Of a stretch of 64,000 nt of DNA, positions 24,847 to 38,500 are shown piece by piece. The notes beneath the pieces are model-generated. The model made no database searches. It was not told the DNA's origin and saw only the letters and a list, made by a program, of their open reading frames with translations. The DNA comes from Anaeramoeba ignava BMAN (Eukaryota > Protista > Anaeramoebae), in assembly GCA_028826165.1 (NCBI GenBank), contig JAPDFW010000028.1:4507-68506 (forward strand), written 5' to 3'. Within the stretch, counting starts at the first letter, position 1, and the number at the start of each line of letters is the position of its first letter. Position numbers and translations under genes: made by a program.

Positions 24847-27800
24847 TTAAATAATTTTATTATTTAAAAACCATTTCAACCAAGAATTCTCATTTAATTG
24901 ATAAAAATCAATTAAAAATAATAAATCTTCTTTTAATTGAAAAACATTTTCAGGAATTTCATCTGTATAAAAAAATTGAATCAAAGCTTGCATTGATTCA
25001 AAACTTCTTTCAGAATAATCAGTAACAATATTACTATTATCTTGAACTGAAAGAAACATTCCTCTAAAAACTTCGCTTCTTGCACATAAAATTATTTTAT
25101 GAACAGAAATATTTTTTTGATTTGAAATGATTGTAAAATCTTTTTCTTCTTTTTGATAAAGTTTTTTGAAATCTTCAATTATTCCATTTCTTGCTCTTTT
25201 GATATTTTGAGCTCCAATCAAAATTAATAAATTATTCATTTCTGTCAATTCTGGTTCATTTTGAGGATAAAATCCCAAATAAATTAATTTTCGAAAATTC
25301 AAGATGGATTCAATTTTTTTATTTGCAAATGTTTTTAAAACGAAATTAAGTGATTTTTCTTCTCCAATTCTTGAGATTAAAATTGTTTTATGAAATCCAA
25401 CTTTTTCTCCATTTGAACATGTTATAAAAAAATCATATAATTCATCCAATTCCATAAGTTTTTGCATATCTTCAAAAAAACTTAAATAACATTTAATTTG
25501 TTGCTTTTTTCTTGATGATTGTTCAAGAAGATCAACTGGAATCTGATTTTTATTTTCAAATTTTAAATTTAAATTCAAATTTTAAATTCAAAATTATTTT
25601 ATATTTTTTTTACTTTCTAAAAATTTGATTAAAAATTTATTGTTAAATTTTTTCTTCTTTCTTGTTTTTTTCTTTGGAATTTACTTTCTTTTATTAAATC
25701 AAAAATAATTCAAATTTTTTCAATCTTTTTGGAATGAAAAATATTTACTTGCTAATTAATTTAAAATGAAAATTTTTGTAAAAAAAAACACAAAGAATTT
25801 AAAATTAAATTTACAAACTAAAATAATTCATTTTAATTTTCTTCTTTTTTTTTAAATGATATATTTTTTTTTCTTCTACATCTTCTTCTTCAAAATTTTG
25901 ACTATAATCAATTAAAACACGAATAACTTTGAAACTTCGATTTCTTTCACATGAAACTCTTAAAGGGAGTTTTTCCCTAATTTAGGAAAAATGAAAAAAT
26001 AAAAACAATAAAAATAATGGTTTTTTCTATTTTTTTAAAATAATTTTTTACATCCTATTTTAATTCATTTCAAATTAACCTTTTATTTTATATTTTTATT
26101 CCTAATAAAATTTTTTTTAAAAAAAAACTAACTGCCTAAAAAATAATAGAAAATTTAAAATTAATTCGTTTTTTTTTTTTAATAAAATTCTTAATGAAAA
26201 TTTTCATTTTGTTTTTTTTTTACATCTTTTGCAGATATTTCTGCTCCCATTAAAATTAAACTTTTAATTGAATTTTGATCAGCTGAATTCCCACAACCAA
26301 AATGAAGAGCGGTTACATCCTTAAAATAATAAATTTCTATTTAAAAAAGAAATTAAAATGAAATTTGAAAAATTTACATTCTAAAATTTTTATTTAAAAA
26401 CAAAAATAATAATTTATTAAAAACTTCAATATTTTTTCTTTAATTTACTTCCTATAACAATTTATAATTTTAATTTATAATTTTAATTCAAAATTAAATT
26501 TTTTTATTTACTCCCTTTTAATCAATAAAAAAATTATTTATTTATTAAAAAAAATAAATAAAATGAATAAATTTTGATTAAAAATGTTTTTTATACTGTT
26601 TTTTCTCTAACATTTGCTCCTGATTTTACAAGTAATTCAATTACTTTTGCAGATGGTTGAGAAATACAAAGTAAATGTAATGGAGTGAATTTCTTGAGAA
26701 ATTAAATTAAATTAAATTAAATTACAAAACTTTTCAAATTAACAATAAAAAATTTATTTACAACCAACTTATAATTTTTTTGAGAATAATTTAATAAAAT
26801 TTTGAATAAAATTTTCTTATTAAAAAAAAATACTCCCTTTTTGATTTATTTAAAAAAAGACCATAAGTTTTCTATTTAATTTTCTTTTGGAAAAAAAAAT
26901 TTACTCCCTTTGAAAAAAAATTATTAAAATAAAATTCATTTTGTTTTATTAAGATTAGTTTTACAGTTTTTTCATTAACATCAGCACCTGCTTTAATTAG
27001 TAATTGAATTACTTTATATCTAGGATTATGTTGACATGCTAAATGAAGGGCTGTTTTGCCCTGAAAAAAAAAAAAGAAAAATGAATTATTTTTTTTAAAT
27101 CAATCATATTTTTTTCTTTTTTTTTGAAAAAATTACAAACTATTTTATAAAAAAAGAGAAATTAATTCTGAATCAAAATGCTTATTTAATTTCTATTTTA
27201 TGAATTACTTTCTACTTTTTTTCATTCAATAATAAATAATTTCATTAATCAAAAAAATTTTTTTTAGCAATTGATTATTTTATTTTTAAGAAGAAATTTA
27301 CATCTTTTTGAAGAACATTAATTTTTGATTCAATTAAAAATTTTATTACATCACTTTTATTTTTATGTTGGCAAGCAAGATGTAAACAATTTTTTCCCTG
27401 TATATAATTATAAAATTTGGAACGGAATAAATTGAATAAAAAAATTGAGAGATTTTTTTGAAATTAAAAAATTACTAACTAAATTAATTTTTAATAAAAA
27501 AAATAAATTAAATAAATAAATAAAAATTACATTCTAAAAAATTTATATAAAAATTTAGAATCAAAAAAATTAAAGTCTATAATTTAAATTGATGAGATAT
27601 TTACATCTTGATGATGAATATCTGCACCTTTTGAAATTAATAACTTAATAATTTGTAAATTTCCTTGAAAGGTACATGCATGAAGTAATAAAGTTCTTTT
27701 CTTTTTAAATTTTTTTCATTTAAATTTTTTAATTTTTAATTTTTAAATTTTTTTAATTTAATTTTTAATATAAACTTCTTCATTTGATGTGTTTATATTT

Positions 27801-27868
27801 TGAGAATTTAATTTTTTTTGAAGATATTTTAATTTTTTATTTGTAATTGCAGTAAATAATTTTGACAT
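24847..27868 (-). CDS. Ankyrin-repeat plus tandem BTB protein encoded by 24 predicted exons, including 16 microexons (15 x 3 nt, 1 x 6 nt)
   Basis: ATG at 27868; exon 1 ends at 27776 (one apparent homopolymer frameshift). Ankyrin exons 27605-27700, 27302-27397, 26965-27060, 26597-26692 and 26224-26319 are 96 nt each; 25880-25976 is 97 nt (one extra base). AG-NNN-GT microexons lie between them. Terminal exon 24847-25542 has FHKTILISR and KDFTIISNQKNISVHKIILCARSEVFRGMF. Confidence 0.85.
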
Positions 27869-28151
27869 TTAAAAAAAGAATGAAAAATGAAAAATGAAAA
27901 ATTTTTTTTTATAAAAATTACTAATTATTTTATTATTAAAAAAAAACAAAAAAAATAAAAAAATTTTTTTTCATTTTTTTTTCATTTTAATTTTCTTTTA
28001 ATTTCCTTTTAATTTCCTTTTAAATTTCCTTTTCCAAAATCAAAAAAAAAAAAAAGTCCTAAATTTAAAAAAGCAAAATAAAAATTAAAATTTAGATTTA
28101 GATTTAGAATTAGATTCTCAATTTAAAATTAGAATTAAAATTAAAATTAAA

Positions 28152-31027
28152 ATGAATAATGAAAATGAAAATGAAAATCAAAATGAAAATCAAAATTTAA
28201 ATGAAAAAAAAGAAAGAATTAAAAAACAAATGGAATATTATTTTGAACCAGAAAATATTATTCAAGATAAATATTTATTATCAATTTGTGATGAAGAACT
28301 TTGGGTTAATTTAAAAATAGTTGCAAATTTTAGAAGAATGAAAGCAATAACAAATGATATTGAATTAATAAAAGAATCATTAAAAACATCAAATAAAATT
28401 GAAATTTCAGAAGATGGAATTCAAATTCGTTCAAAACTCCCTAAATCTGAAATGAAAACTATTATTATAAGTGGATTTTCAAAAAATCCAGAAATTGAGG
28501 TTAATAATATAATCTAAATTAAATAATATAAATTAAATAATATTAATTAAATAATATAAATTAATAATATTAATTTAATAATATAAATTAAATAATATAA
28601 ATTTAATAATATAAATTAAATAATATTAATTAAATAATATTAATTTAAATAATATAAATATATATAATATAAATCTAAATAATATAAATTAAATAATATA
28701 AAATTTAATATTAATATATATAATATAAATTAAATAATATAAATTAAAAATAATATAAATTTAATAATATTAATATATATAATATAAATCTAAAATAATA
28801 TAAATTAAATAATATAAATCTAAATAATATGTAAATTAAATAATATAAATTAAATAATATAAATCTAAATAATATAAATTAAATAATATAAATTAAATAA
28901 TATTAATTAAATAATATAAATTAAAATAATATAATAAATAAATTAAATAATATAAATTAAATAAATATAAATTAAATAATATAAATCTAAATAATATAAA
29001 TTAAATAATATAAATTAAATAATATAAATTAAATAATATAAAATCTTAATAATATTAATTTTAAATAATATAAATTTAAACAATATAAAAATAAATTAAA
29101 ATAAATAATAAATTAAATAATATTAATTAAATAATCTAAATTAAATAATCACAAATAAACTAAATAATATAAATAAATAATTAAATAATATAAATCTAAA
29201 TAATATAAACTAAATAATATAAACTAAATAATATAAATCTAAATAATATTAATTAAATAATCATTAAATTAAATAATATAAATATAGATAATATAAATTA
29301 AATAATATTAAAATTAAATAATATAAATCTAAATAATAGAAATTAAAAAATAATTAAATTAATAATATAAATTAAATAATATAAATTAAATAATATAAAT
29401 TAAATAATTAATTAAAATAATATTAATTAAATAAATAAATTAAATAATATAAATTAAATAATATAAATTTTAAATAATATTAATTAAATAATATAAATTA
29501 AATAATATAAATTTAAATAATATTAATTAAATAATATAAATTAAATAATATTAATTAAATAATTCATTAATTAAATAATATAAATTAAATAAATAAATTA
29601 AAATAATATTAATTAAATATTATAAATTTAAATAATATAAATTAAATAATATAAATTAAATAATATTAATTAAATAATATTAATTAAATAATATAAATTT
29701 AAATAATATAAATTAAATAATATAAATTTAAATAATATAAATTAAATAATATAAATTAAATAATATAAATTAATAATATAAATTTAAACAATATAAATTC
29801 AAATAATAGAAATTTCAAGAATTTTTGAACAGTAATAAAATTAGTTTTAAAAATATTTCTCTTCAAGATGATACTTTTTTTCTTGAAATGAACTCAACAG
29901 ATGAAGCAGAAAAATATTTAAATCAAATTAAAGAATTAAAATATCAAGAAGAACAATTATTTGTTGATTTTAGTAATGAAATCGAGAAAGATACTTTTGA
30001 GTAAGAAAAAAAATAAAAGAAAAAACAATTTTTTTCTTATTCAATAAAAAATTTTTTAAATAATAGATATGTTTTAGAACAAAGAATGAAACAAAATCAA
30101 TATCAATTTCAATATCAATTTAATGATCCAAATCAATTTCAATATCAATTTAATGATCCAAATCAATTTCAATATCAATTTAATGATCCAAATCAATTTC
30201 AATATCAATTTAATGATCCAAATCAATATCAATTTCAATATCAATTTAATGATCCAAATCAATTTCAATTTCAATATCAATTTAATGATCCAAATCAATT
30301 TCAATTTAATGATCCAAATCAATATCAATTTCAATATCAATTTAATGATCCAAATAATATTCCCCCTTTTAATCAATTCAATCTCAATTATACATCTTAT
30401 CAACCACAATATAATCAGAATAATTTCATAGATCAACAACAACAAAACAATTATTATCAAAAACCATATAGAGGAAAGAATTATGGAGAAAGAGGATTTA
30501 ATCAAAATCAAAATCAAAATAAATATTCAAATCAATATTCAAATCAATATTCAAATCAATATTCAAATCAATATTCAAATCAATATTCAAATCAAAATCA
30601 ATATTCAAATCAATATTCAAATCAATATTCAAATCAAAATCAATATTCAAATCAAAATCAATATCAAAATCATCAAATATATAATTGGGAATCAAGACAA
30701 TACCAAAATGATAATTATCAAAACAAAAGAAATTATAGAGAAAATTATTCAAATCAATTCTCTTTAGGAATTTCTAATTTTCCTCCTTTAAATTCACAAG
30801 ATGCAGAATATACTGAAGATTTTTATCAATATTCAGAAGAAAAAATGATTTCAATTCTTAAAGAAATGCTTTCAAAAACAAAAATAATTGAACCACCTCA
30901 ACAACTTCAAAATCTTTTGGATACAAAACAAGAACAAAACAATATAAATTTTCAAATTCATAAACTCTTCTCTTTAGAAATGAACCTTCCTTCTTTATTA
31001 CAAAAAAAAGAAAAAATTAAAAACTAA
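28152..31027 (+). CDS. La-related RNA-binding protein (LARP4-like): La motif, RRM-like domain, Q/N/Y/F-rich repeats; 3 exons
   Basis: IKKQMEYYFEPENIIQDKYL...WVNLKIVANFRRMKAIT (La motif). Introns 28500-29809 and 30001-30066. FSLGISNFPPL resembles the conserved LARP4 motif. Confidence 0.85.
28500..29809. repeat. 1.3-kb intron filled with a ~14-bp repeat (AAATTAAATAATAT)n
   Basis: Repeat runs from the GT donor to the AG acceptor. Confidence 0.9.
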
Positions 31028-31505
31028 AATTAAAATTAAAATTAAAATTAAAATTAAAATTAAAAATCAAAATTAAAATTAAAATTAAAATTAAAATTAA
31101 AATCAAAATTAAAATCAAAATTAAAAATTAAAATTAAAATTAAATTAAAATTAAAATTAAAATTAAAATCAAAATTAAAATTAAAATTAAAATTAAAATT
31201 AAAATTAAAATCAAAATTAAAATTAAAATTAAAATCAAAATTAAAATTAAAATTAAAATTAAAATTAAAATTAAAATTAAAATTAAAATCAAAATTAAAA
31301 TTAAAATTAAAATTAAAATCAAAATTCAAAATTAAAATTATAATTAAAATTAAAATTAAAATTAAAATTAAATTCAAAATCAAAATCAAAATTAAAATTA
31401 AAATTAAAATTAAATTCAAAATTAAAAATTAAAAATTAAAATTAAAATTAAAATTAAAATTAAAATTAAAATTAAAATTAAAATTAAATTTAAAATCAAA
31501 ATTAA
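31025..31505. repeat. (AAAATT)n microsatellite between convergent genes
   Basis: Visible hexamer array. Confidence 0.92.
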
Positions 31506-31598
31506 ATATTTTTGAAAAATGTTTTTGAAAATGTTTTTTGTGTTTTATTCTGTTTTAAAAAATAATAATTTTTTTTTTCTTTTTTGAATTGAATTGAA

Positions 31599-34500
31599 TT
31601 AAATTTTTCTTCCAAAAAGTTGACTAATTTTTTGACTAATTGCTGAAAAACATAATTTCTTATCATAAGTTGATTCAAATCTAACTGAAATATTTTTTCC
31701 TTCTTTTAAACCAAAAATTAAAGTAAATTCATCAAAATCATCAGCAAAAATTTTAAGATTTATCCATTTTTCAATCATTTTTGTTTTAAAAATTAAATTA
31801 CGAATTTCCAAATTCTTTTTTTTCAATTTAACAATTCCATTAAATAATTTTCTATTAAAAATAACTTGAACTTGAAAAACTATTGGAGATTTTTTCCAAA
31901 GAATTTTTGCTTTTTCTTGAATCTTTTCCATTAATTGAGATTCCTTTTGTTGTTTAATTTTATCAATTTCATCAGATTCAGATAAACTACTTTTATAAAT
32001 TTGTAAAGATTTTTGAGAATTTGAATCAAAAAGTGTTTTTTTAGGTTCATTTCTATCAAAAAATTTAGCATATTGTTTAAAACTTGGTAATGAATTGATA
32101 AAATCAAGAAAATAATCTGGATTGGATTCAATTTTTTCAATTTGGAAATTATAAGGTTTGTTAATAAATATTTTCTCTTTCTTAAATTGATCTTGACATA
32201 AAAACTTGAAAATAAACAAAGATCGATAAACTAATTCAGAAACAATTTCATTTTTAGTTGCAAAATAAATTTCACTTTCAGGATTTTCTCCTGAAAATTG
32301 AATCTTGATAATTTGATGAGTTGAAGAATCCAAATAAAAATCAATCACATTATCATTCCAAGAAATATAAGTGGGTTGAAAATTAGTTGAAATTATTGAT
32401 AATTGATTTCGATCAATTTTTAATAAAACTGGGATGTATTTCTCATCTTTTGTCAATGTATCCAAATTGAAAATGGCATTATTATTGACCCAAAACTTGA
32501 AAATAAGTGCATTAATTTCTTCAATTTCATCAAGAATTGATGAAGAAATTCTATTATTTCGAATTTTGGAAGGAGAATAATATTGAAGCATCATAAATGT
32601 TTTCCATAATATAATATTATCTTTAAGTTGTGGAACTTTGAAGGTGATTTTCTCATTTGTTTCTGTAAATTCCAATACAAAATCAAATTTTCCTTTTCCT
32701 CGATGTAAATTCACTTTGCTTTGTGATGAATAAGCACTTTCAATTATTGAAACTGATGTATCATTTTTGATAACTTTGAATTTTGTTTCCATCATGATAA
32801 ATTGTGCTGAAATTTCTTCGTTTTTCTTTTCGTTTGTTATGATAATATTAAACTTGGCAGATCCTTGTGAGAAATTTTTCTGAATTTGATTAATTTCATT
32901 GGAAATTTTCTTCGAATCCAAAATGGAAAAATCAAGTTGGATATTTTCTTTTGATTGATCATATCCTGTTAAACTTGTATATTTTTCATGTTCAAAATAA
33001 ATTGGTTTTTGAACAGTTTGTTCAATTAAATTATTTTCATTTGAAATGAAATCAGGCGATGGAGTTTCTGTTTGGATTTCTTTCTTTGCGAAATTGGGTT
33101 TTTCAGTTTGAATTGGTGATAATGATCTGTTAAGTTTTGGAGGCTTTGGTGTTTCAAGTTCAAATGTGTCTCTTGATAATAATGCGTATCTGAGTTTTTG
33201 TTTTTGTATTAAATTTGTTGCTTTGCTAAAATCATTTGGATTTTCAAATTTGAAAATAATATCTCCGTTAAATTCTGATTTAATTTTGATTAGTAAATAT
33301 TCATCCATAGTTTGAATTTTTAAATTTTCATCTTTAAAACTAATATTTGGTCTTTTTGTTGATGATTCAATCTCAATATTTTTATCTGTAATTCCAATTG
33401 TTGCTTTTTCAATCAAATTTCTTTCATTATTAACTATACTAACTTCAAATTTTTGTGAAACAAAGAATTGATTTTCTGTTTCTTCGTTTGTTTTCATTTC
33501 TTCGTTTGATTCTTGGGATTCATTTTCTTGAGGGAATTGATATTCTTTTCTTTTCTTGTATTCAAGAAGAAATATTCTTTGCATTGTTGCTGTTTCAAAT
33601 CCAAAAACGAAATGTTTTTTGTTGTTGAAAATCAATCTGCAAATGAGATCATGATAAGTTAAAAAGAGATTTGAATTGAAAATGTTTCTTGAAATGGAAG
33701 AATTTGAAAATTGGAAATTAATTGTTTTTCCATAAAATTGAATTGTTCCAACAGCAATTTTGTCCATTTGCAAAGAATAAAATTGAGCTTTGAAAAAATG
33801 AGAATGAGAATCAAATCGAGATTCCAATGATTGATATTTTGATTTCAAAAGGTTGTAAATATTTTTGAATTGATCACGTTTGTTTTGATTCTTGAATTTT
33901 AATGAAAGGGTAATTTGAGAGGAAGCATCAGGAATTTTGATCATAGTAGGATATTGGGGATTAATTAATGAGAAATCAAAATTGGAATAAGAATCAGAAT
34001 AAGAATCAGAATCTGTTTCAATATATAAAGTATCATTTTTGAGATGAATAATAGCTGGAATGAATTCGCTATTTTGTGTTTCAATTTCACATTTAAAATG
34101 ATCTAATTTAAATGGTTGATGAATAATAGATTCTTGATTTGGAGGAGGAGTTGTCAAATTTGGAGTATTTGTTGGTGTTGGTGTTTTTGTTGGAAGTGAT
34201 AATGAAATTCCACTTTTCACTTTGTTTTGATATTCATTATAATATTCATTAATACATCCAATTATTAAATCTCTTGCACTTGAATTTTCACAATTCAGAT
34301 AAACTATATTTTGAATTTCTGTTTTTCCAAATTCAATTTTGATGTTTTTCTCATTTGTTGATTCAGGATTAACTTGGAAAACTTGGTTAAAATGAATGAA
34401 AAAAGGAGAAGTATTCACAGTTTCAAAAAGGATACATAATCGATCGAATTCTAATTGAAGAATAACTGATTTAATATTTGATTCTTTATCAATAACCTTG

Positions 34501-35495
34501 ACATTTTGGAATAGGACTTCTCCATCACTGAATAATTTCTTGATTAATAATTTTCTTTCTTTTTCTTTTTCCAAAATTTCTCCTCCAAATTTTGTGAATA
34601 TTTGAACAAATGAATCTGGATTTTGATAAGTTTGAAACAACATGAATGTTTTATAAATAATGTAACGATCAATATAACTTTCACATTTTAATAAAATTGG
34701 AGTTTTATCTTGAATTTGGAATAAAAATTCATTTTCTTTTTCAGTATTTAAAAGTATTTGAAATTGTTGATTAACAAGATATTTTTGTGCAAAAAATGGT
34801 TCATCAAAAATCAATATTTGGATTGTTTGTCTATCAAAATATAAAATGGCATCAATTTCTTGTTCTTCATTTTCTGATAAATTTGTTGGAGAAGAATAAA
34901 TCACTTTCACTGGAAATTTAACGTTTCCTTTAACAAAATAATCTGCAATTAAAGATGAACAAATTTCATATTGTTTTTGTTTTAAAGGAACAAATTCATT
35001 AATTTCATTTAAATTTGAATTTAAATTTGAATCCAAATCTTTTTTCCAATTTTCATTTTCATTTTCATTTAAAGAAAGGAATAAATTTTCTTGAAATTTT
35101 AAATTCTTTTTCTTTTGATAAAGTTTTTTTAATTCAAAAAGTAATTTTATAAGTGGTTCTTTTTCTGTTTGATTTATTATTTGAATTGGTTTAAATGCAA
35201 ATTCTTTTGAAACTCCATATTTAATACAAGAATTAATGAATGATTGATAATTTTTTTTAGGGGATCTAAAATATAAATTTAAATATAAATTTAAAAAAGA
35301 AAAATTTTTTAAATTGAAAAAAATTTTTTTTTACTCAAAAATTTCTTTAATTGAATTTGGTTCAATTTTATTTATTAATTCGCATAAATTTTGTGATAAT
35401 TTTGTATCATTTATTGAAAAATTAAGTATATTTTGAGTAATTGATTGAAACCATTGAGAAAGACTATAAATTTTAAATGTTAAATTTTTATTCAT
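31599..35495 (-). CDS. Large protein with N-terminal calponin-homology-like domain and several divergent PH-like segments
   Basis: ATG at 35495; intron 35266-35334. LCELINKIEPNSIK...NYQSFINSCIKYGV is CH-like and leads into the 1145-aa ORF, which has repeated beta-rich blocks ending F.S...RD.I...I. Confidence 0.65.
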
Positions 35496-35569
35496 TTTGA
35501 AATGAAAAATGAAAAAATGAAAAACAAAAACAAAAAATTTTTTATTTAAATTATTCATTTTATTTAAAA

Positions 35570-38500
35570 TATTACTAATAATTATTTTTCTTTTTAATTA
35601 ATTTTATATTAAAATTTAAATAATAAAATAATAATAAATTTACTTATAATTCTTTTTAAAATTAATAAATTAAATAAATTATTAAATTAATAAAAAAAAT
35701 TAAAAATAATTAAAAATTAAATAAAAATTAATAAAATATTTTAATTAATTTTATATTAAAATTTAAATAATAAAATAAAAAATTAATTTATTTATAATTC
35801 TTTTTAAAAATTAATAAAAATAAAATAAAATATAAAAATTAAATTTAATTTAAAATAATTAAAATTAATAAATTAAAAAAAATAAAAATTTAAAAAAAAA
35901 AAATAAAAAAATATATTTTAATTAATTTTATATTAAAAATCTAAATAATAATTTAATAATTATTTACTTATAATTCTTTTTAAAATTAATAAATTAAATA
36001 AAATATTAAATTAAATTAATTTAAAATAATTAAAAATTAAATAAAAATTAATAAAATATTTTAATTAATTTTATATTAAAATCTAAATAATAAATTAATA
36101 ATAATTTATTTATAATTCTTTTTAAAATTAATAAATTAAATAAAAATTAAAATTATTAAATTAAATTAAAAATTAAAAAAATTAAAAATTATTTTAAAAA
36201 TTAATAAAAAATATAATTTTTTATTTTTAATTTTTTAAAATTAAAAATAAATAAAAATTAATAAAATAAAAAATCTAAATAATAAATTAATAATAATTAA
36301 AATTAATTAATAATTTTTTAAATTTTAATAAATTAAATAAATTATTAAATTAAATTAAATTTAAAAAATAATTAAAAAAATAATTGAATAAAAATTAATA
36401 AAATATTTTAATTAATTTTATATTAAAATCTAAATAATAAATTAATAATAATTTACTTATAATTCTTTTTAAAAATTAATAAATAAAAATAAATTAATTA
36501 AATTAAATTAAATAAAAAAATTAAAAATTAAATAAAAATTAATAAAATTATTTTAATTAAAAATTTAAATAAAAATTAATAAAATATTTTTTTATAATTC
36601 TTTTTAAAATTAATAAATTAAAATAAATTATTAAATTAAATTAAATTAAAATAATTAAAAATTAAATAAAAATTAATAAAATATTTTAATTAATTTTATA
36701 TTAATATCTAAATAATAAATTAATAATAATTTATTTATAATTCTTTTTAAAATTAATAAATAAAATAAATTATTAAATTAAATTAAATTAAAAATAATTA
36801 AAAATTAAATAAAAATTAATAAAATATTTTAATTAATTTTTATATTAAAATTTAAATAATAAATTAATAATAATTTACTTATAATTCTTTTTAAAATTAA
36901 TAAATTAAAATAAATTATTAAATTAAATTAATTTAAAATAATTAAAAATTAAATAAAAATTAATAAAATATTTTAATTAATTTTATATTAATATCTAAAT
37001 AATAAATTAATAATAATTTATTTATAATTTTTTTAAAATTAAAAATTAATTAAATTAAAATTAAAAAAATTAAAAATTAATTAAAAATTTTAAAATAAAT
37101 TAATTTAAAATAAATAATAATTAAAATTAAATAAATTCTTTTTAAAAATAAAATTAAATTTTAATTAAATTAAATATTAAAAAATTAAAAATAAATAAAA
37201 ATTAATAAAATATTTTAATTTATAATTCTTTTTAAAATAATAAATAAAAAAATTTTCTTTTTAAAATTAATAAATTAAAATAAATTATTAAATTAAAATA
37301 ATTAAAAATTAAAAATTAAAAAAATTAATAAAATATTTTAATTAATTTTATATTAAAATTTAAATAATAAATTAATAATAATTTACTTATAATTCTTTTT
37401 TAAAATTAATAAATTAAATAAATTATTAAATTAAATTAAATTTAAAATAATTAAAAATTAAATAAAAATTAATAAAATATTTTAATTAATTTTATATTAA
37501 AAATTAAAAATAATAAATTAATAATAATTTACTTATAATTCTTTTTAAAAAATTAATAAAAATAAATTATAAAAATAAATTAATTTAAAATAATTAAAAA
37601 TTAAATAAAAAATTAATAAAATATTTTAAATTAATTTTATATTAAAAAATTTAAAATAATAAATTAATAATAATTTATTTTATAATTTTTTAAAATTAAT
37701 AAATTAAAATAAATTATTAAATTAAATTAATTAAAATAATTAAAAATTAAATAAAAATTAATAAAATATTTTAATTAATTTTATATTAAAATTTAAATAA
37801 TAAATTAATAATAATTTACTTATAATTCTTTTTAAAAATAATAAATTAAAAATAAATTATTAAATTAAATTAATTTAAAATAATTAAAAATTAAATTAAA
37901 AATTAATAAAATATTTTAATTAATTTTATATTAAAATCTAAATAATAAATTAATAATAATTTACTTATAATTCTTTTTAAAATTAATTAATTAAATAAAA
38001 ATTAATAAAAATAAATTAAATTAAAATAATTAAAAATTAAATAAAAATTAATAAAATATTTTAATTAATTTTATATTAAAAATTAAATAATAAAATTAAT
38101 AATTTATTTATAATTTTTTTAAATTAATAAATAAAATAAATTATTAAATTAAATTAATTTAAAATAATTAAAAAATTAAATAAAAAATTAATAAAATATT
38201 TTAATTAATTTTATATTAAAATTTAAATAATAAATTAATAATAATTTACTTATAATTCTTTTTAAAATTAATAAATAAAATAAAATTATTAAAAATTAAA
38301 TTAAATTTAAAATAATTAAAAATTAAATAAAAATTAATAAAATATTTTAATTAATTTTATATTAAAATTAAATAAAAATTAATAAAATATTTTTATTAAT
38401 TTAATAATAAAAATAATAATAATTTACTTATAATTCTTTTTAAAATTAATAAATTAAATAAATTATTAAATTAAATTAATTTAAAATAATTAAAAATTAA

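Noticed and set aside
25543-27604. Microexon sites as chance AG-NNN-GT matches or recursive splice sites
   Set aside because: Sixteen occurrences at intron-sized spacing in G-poor DNA, all multiples of 3 and restoring the ankyrin consensus spacing. Recursive sites would be AG|GT with zero-length exons.
22138-27868. Functional cluster of Uba3 (cullin neddylation) with an adjacent BTB Cul3 adaptor
   Set aside because: BTB genes are frequent here (four in this window), so adjacency is expected by chance.
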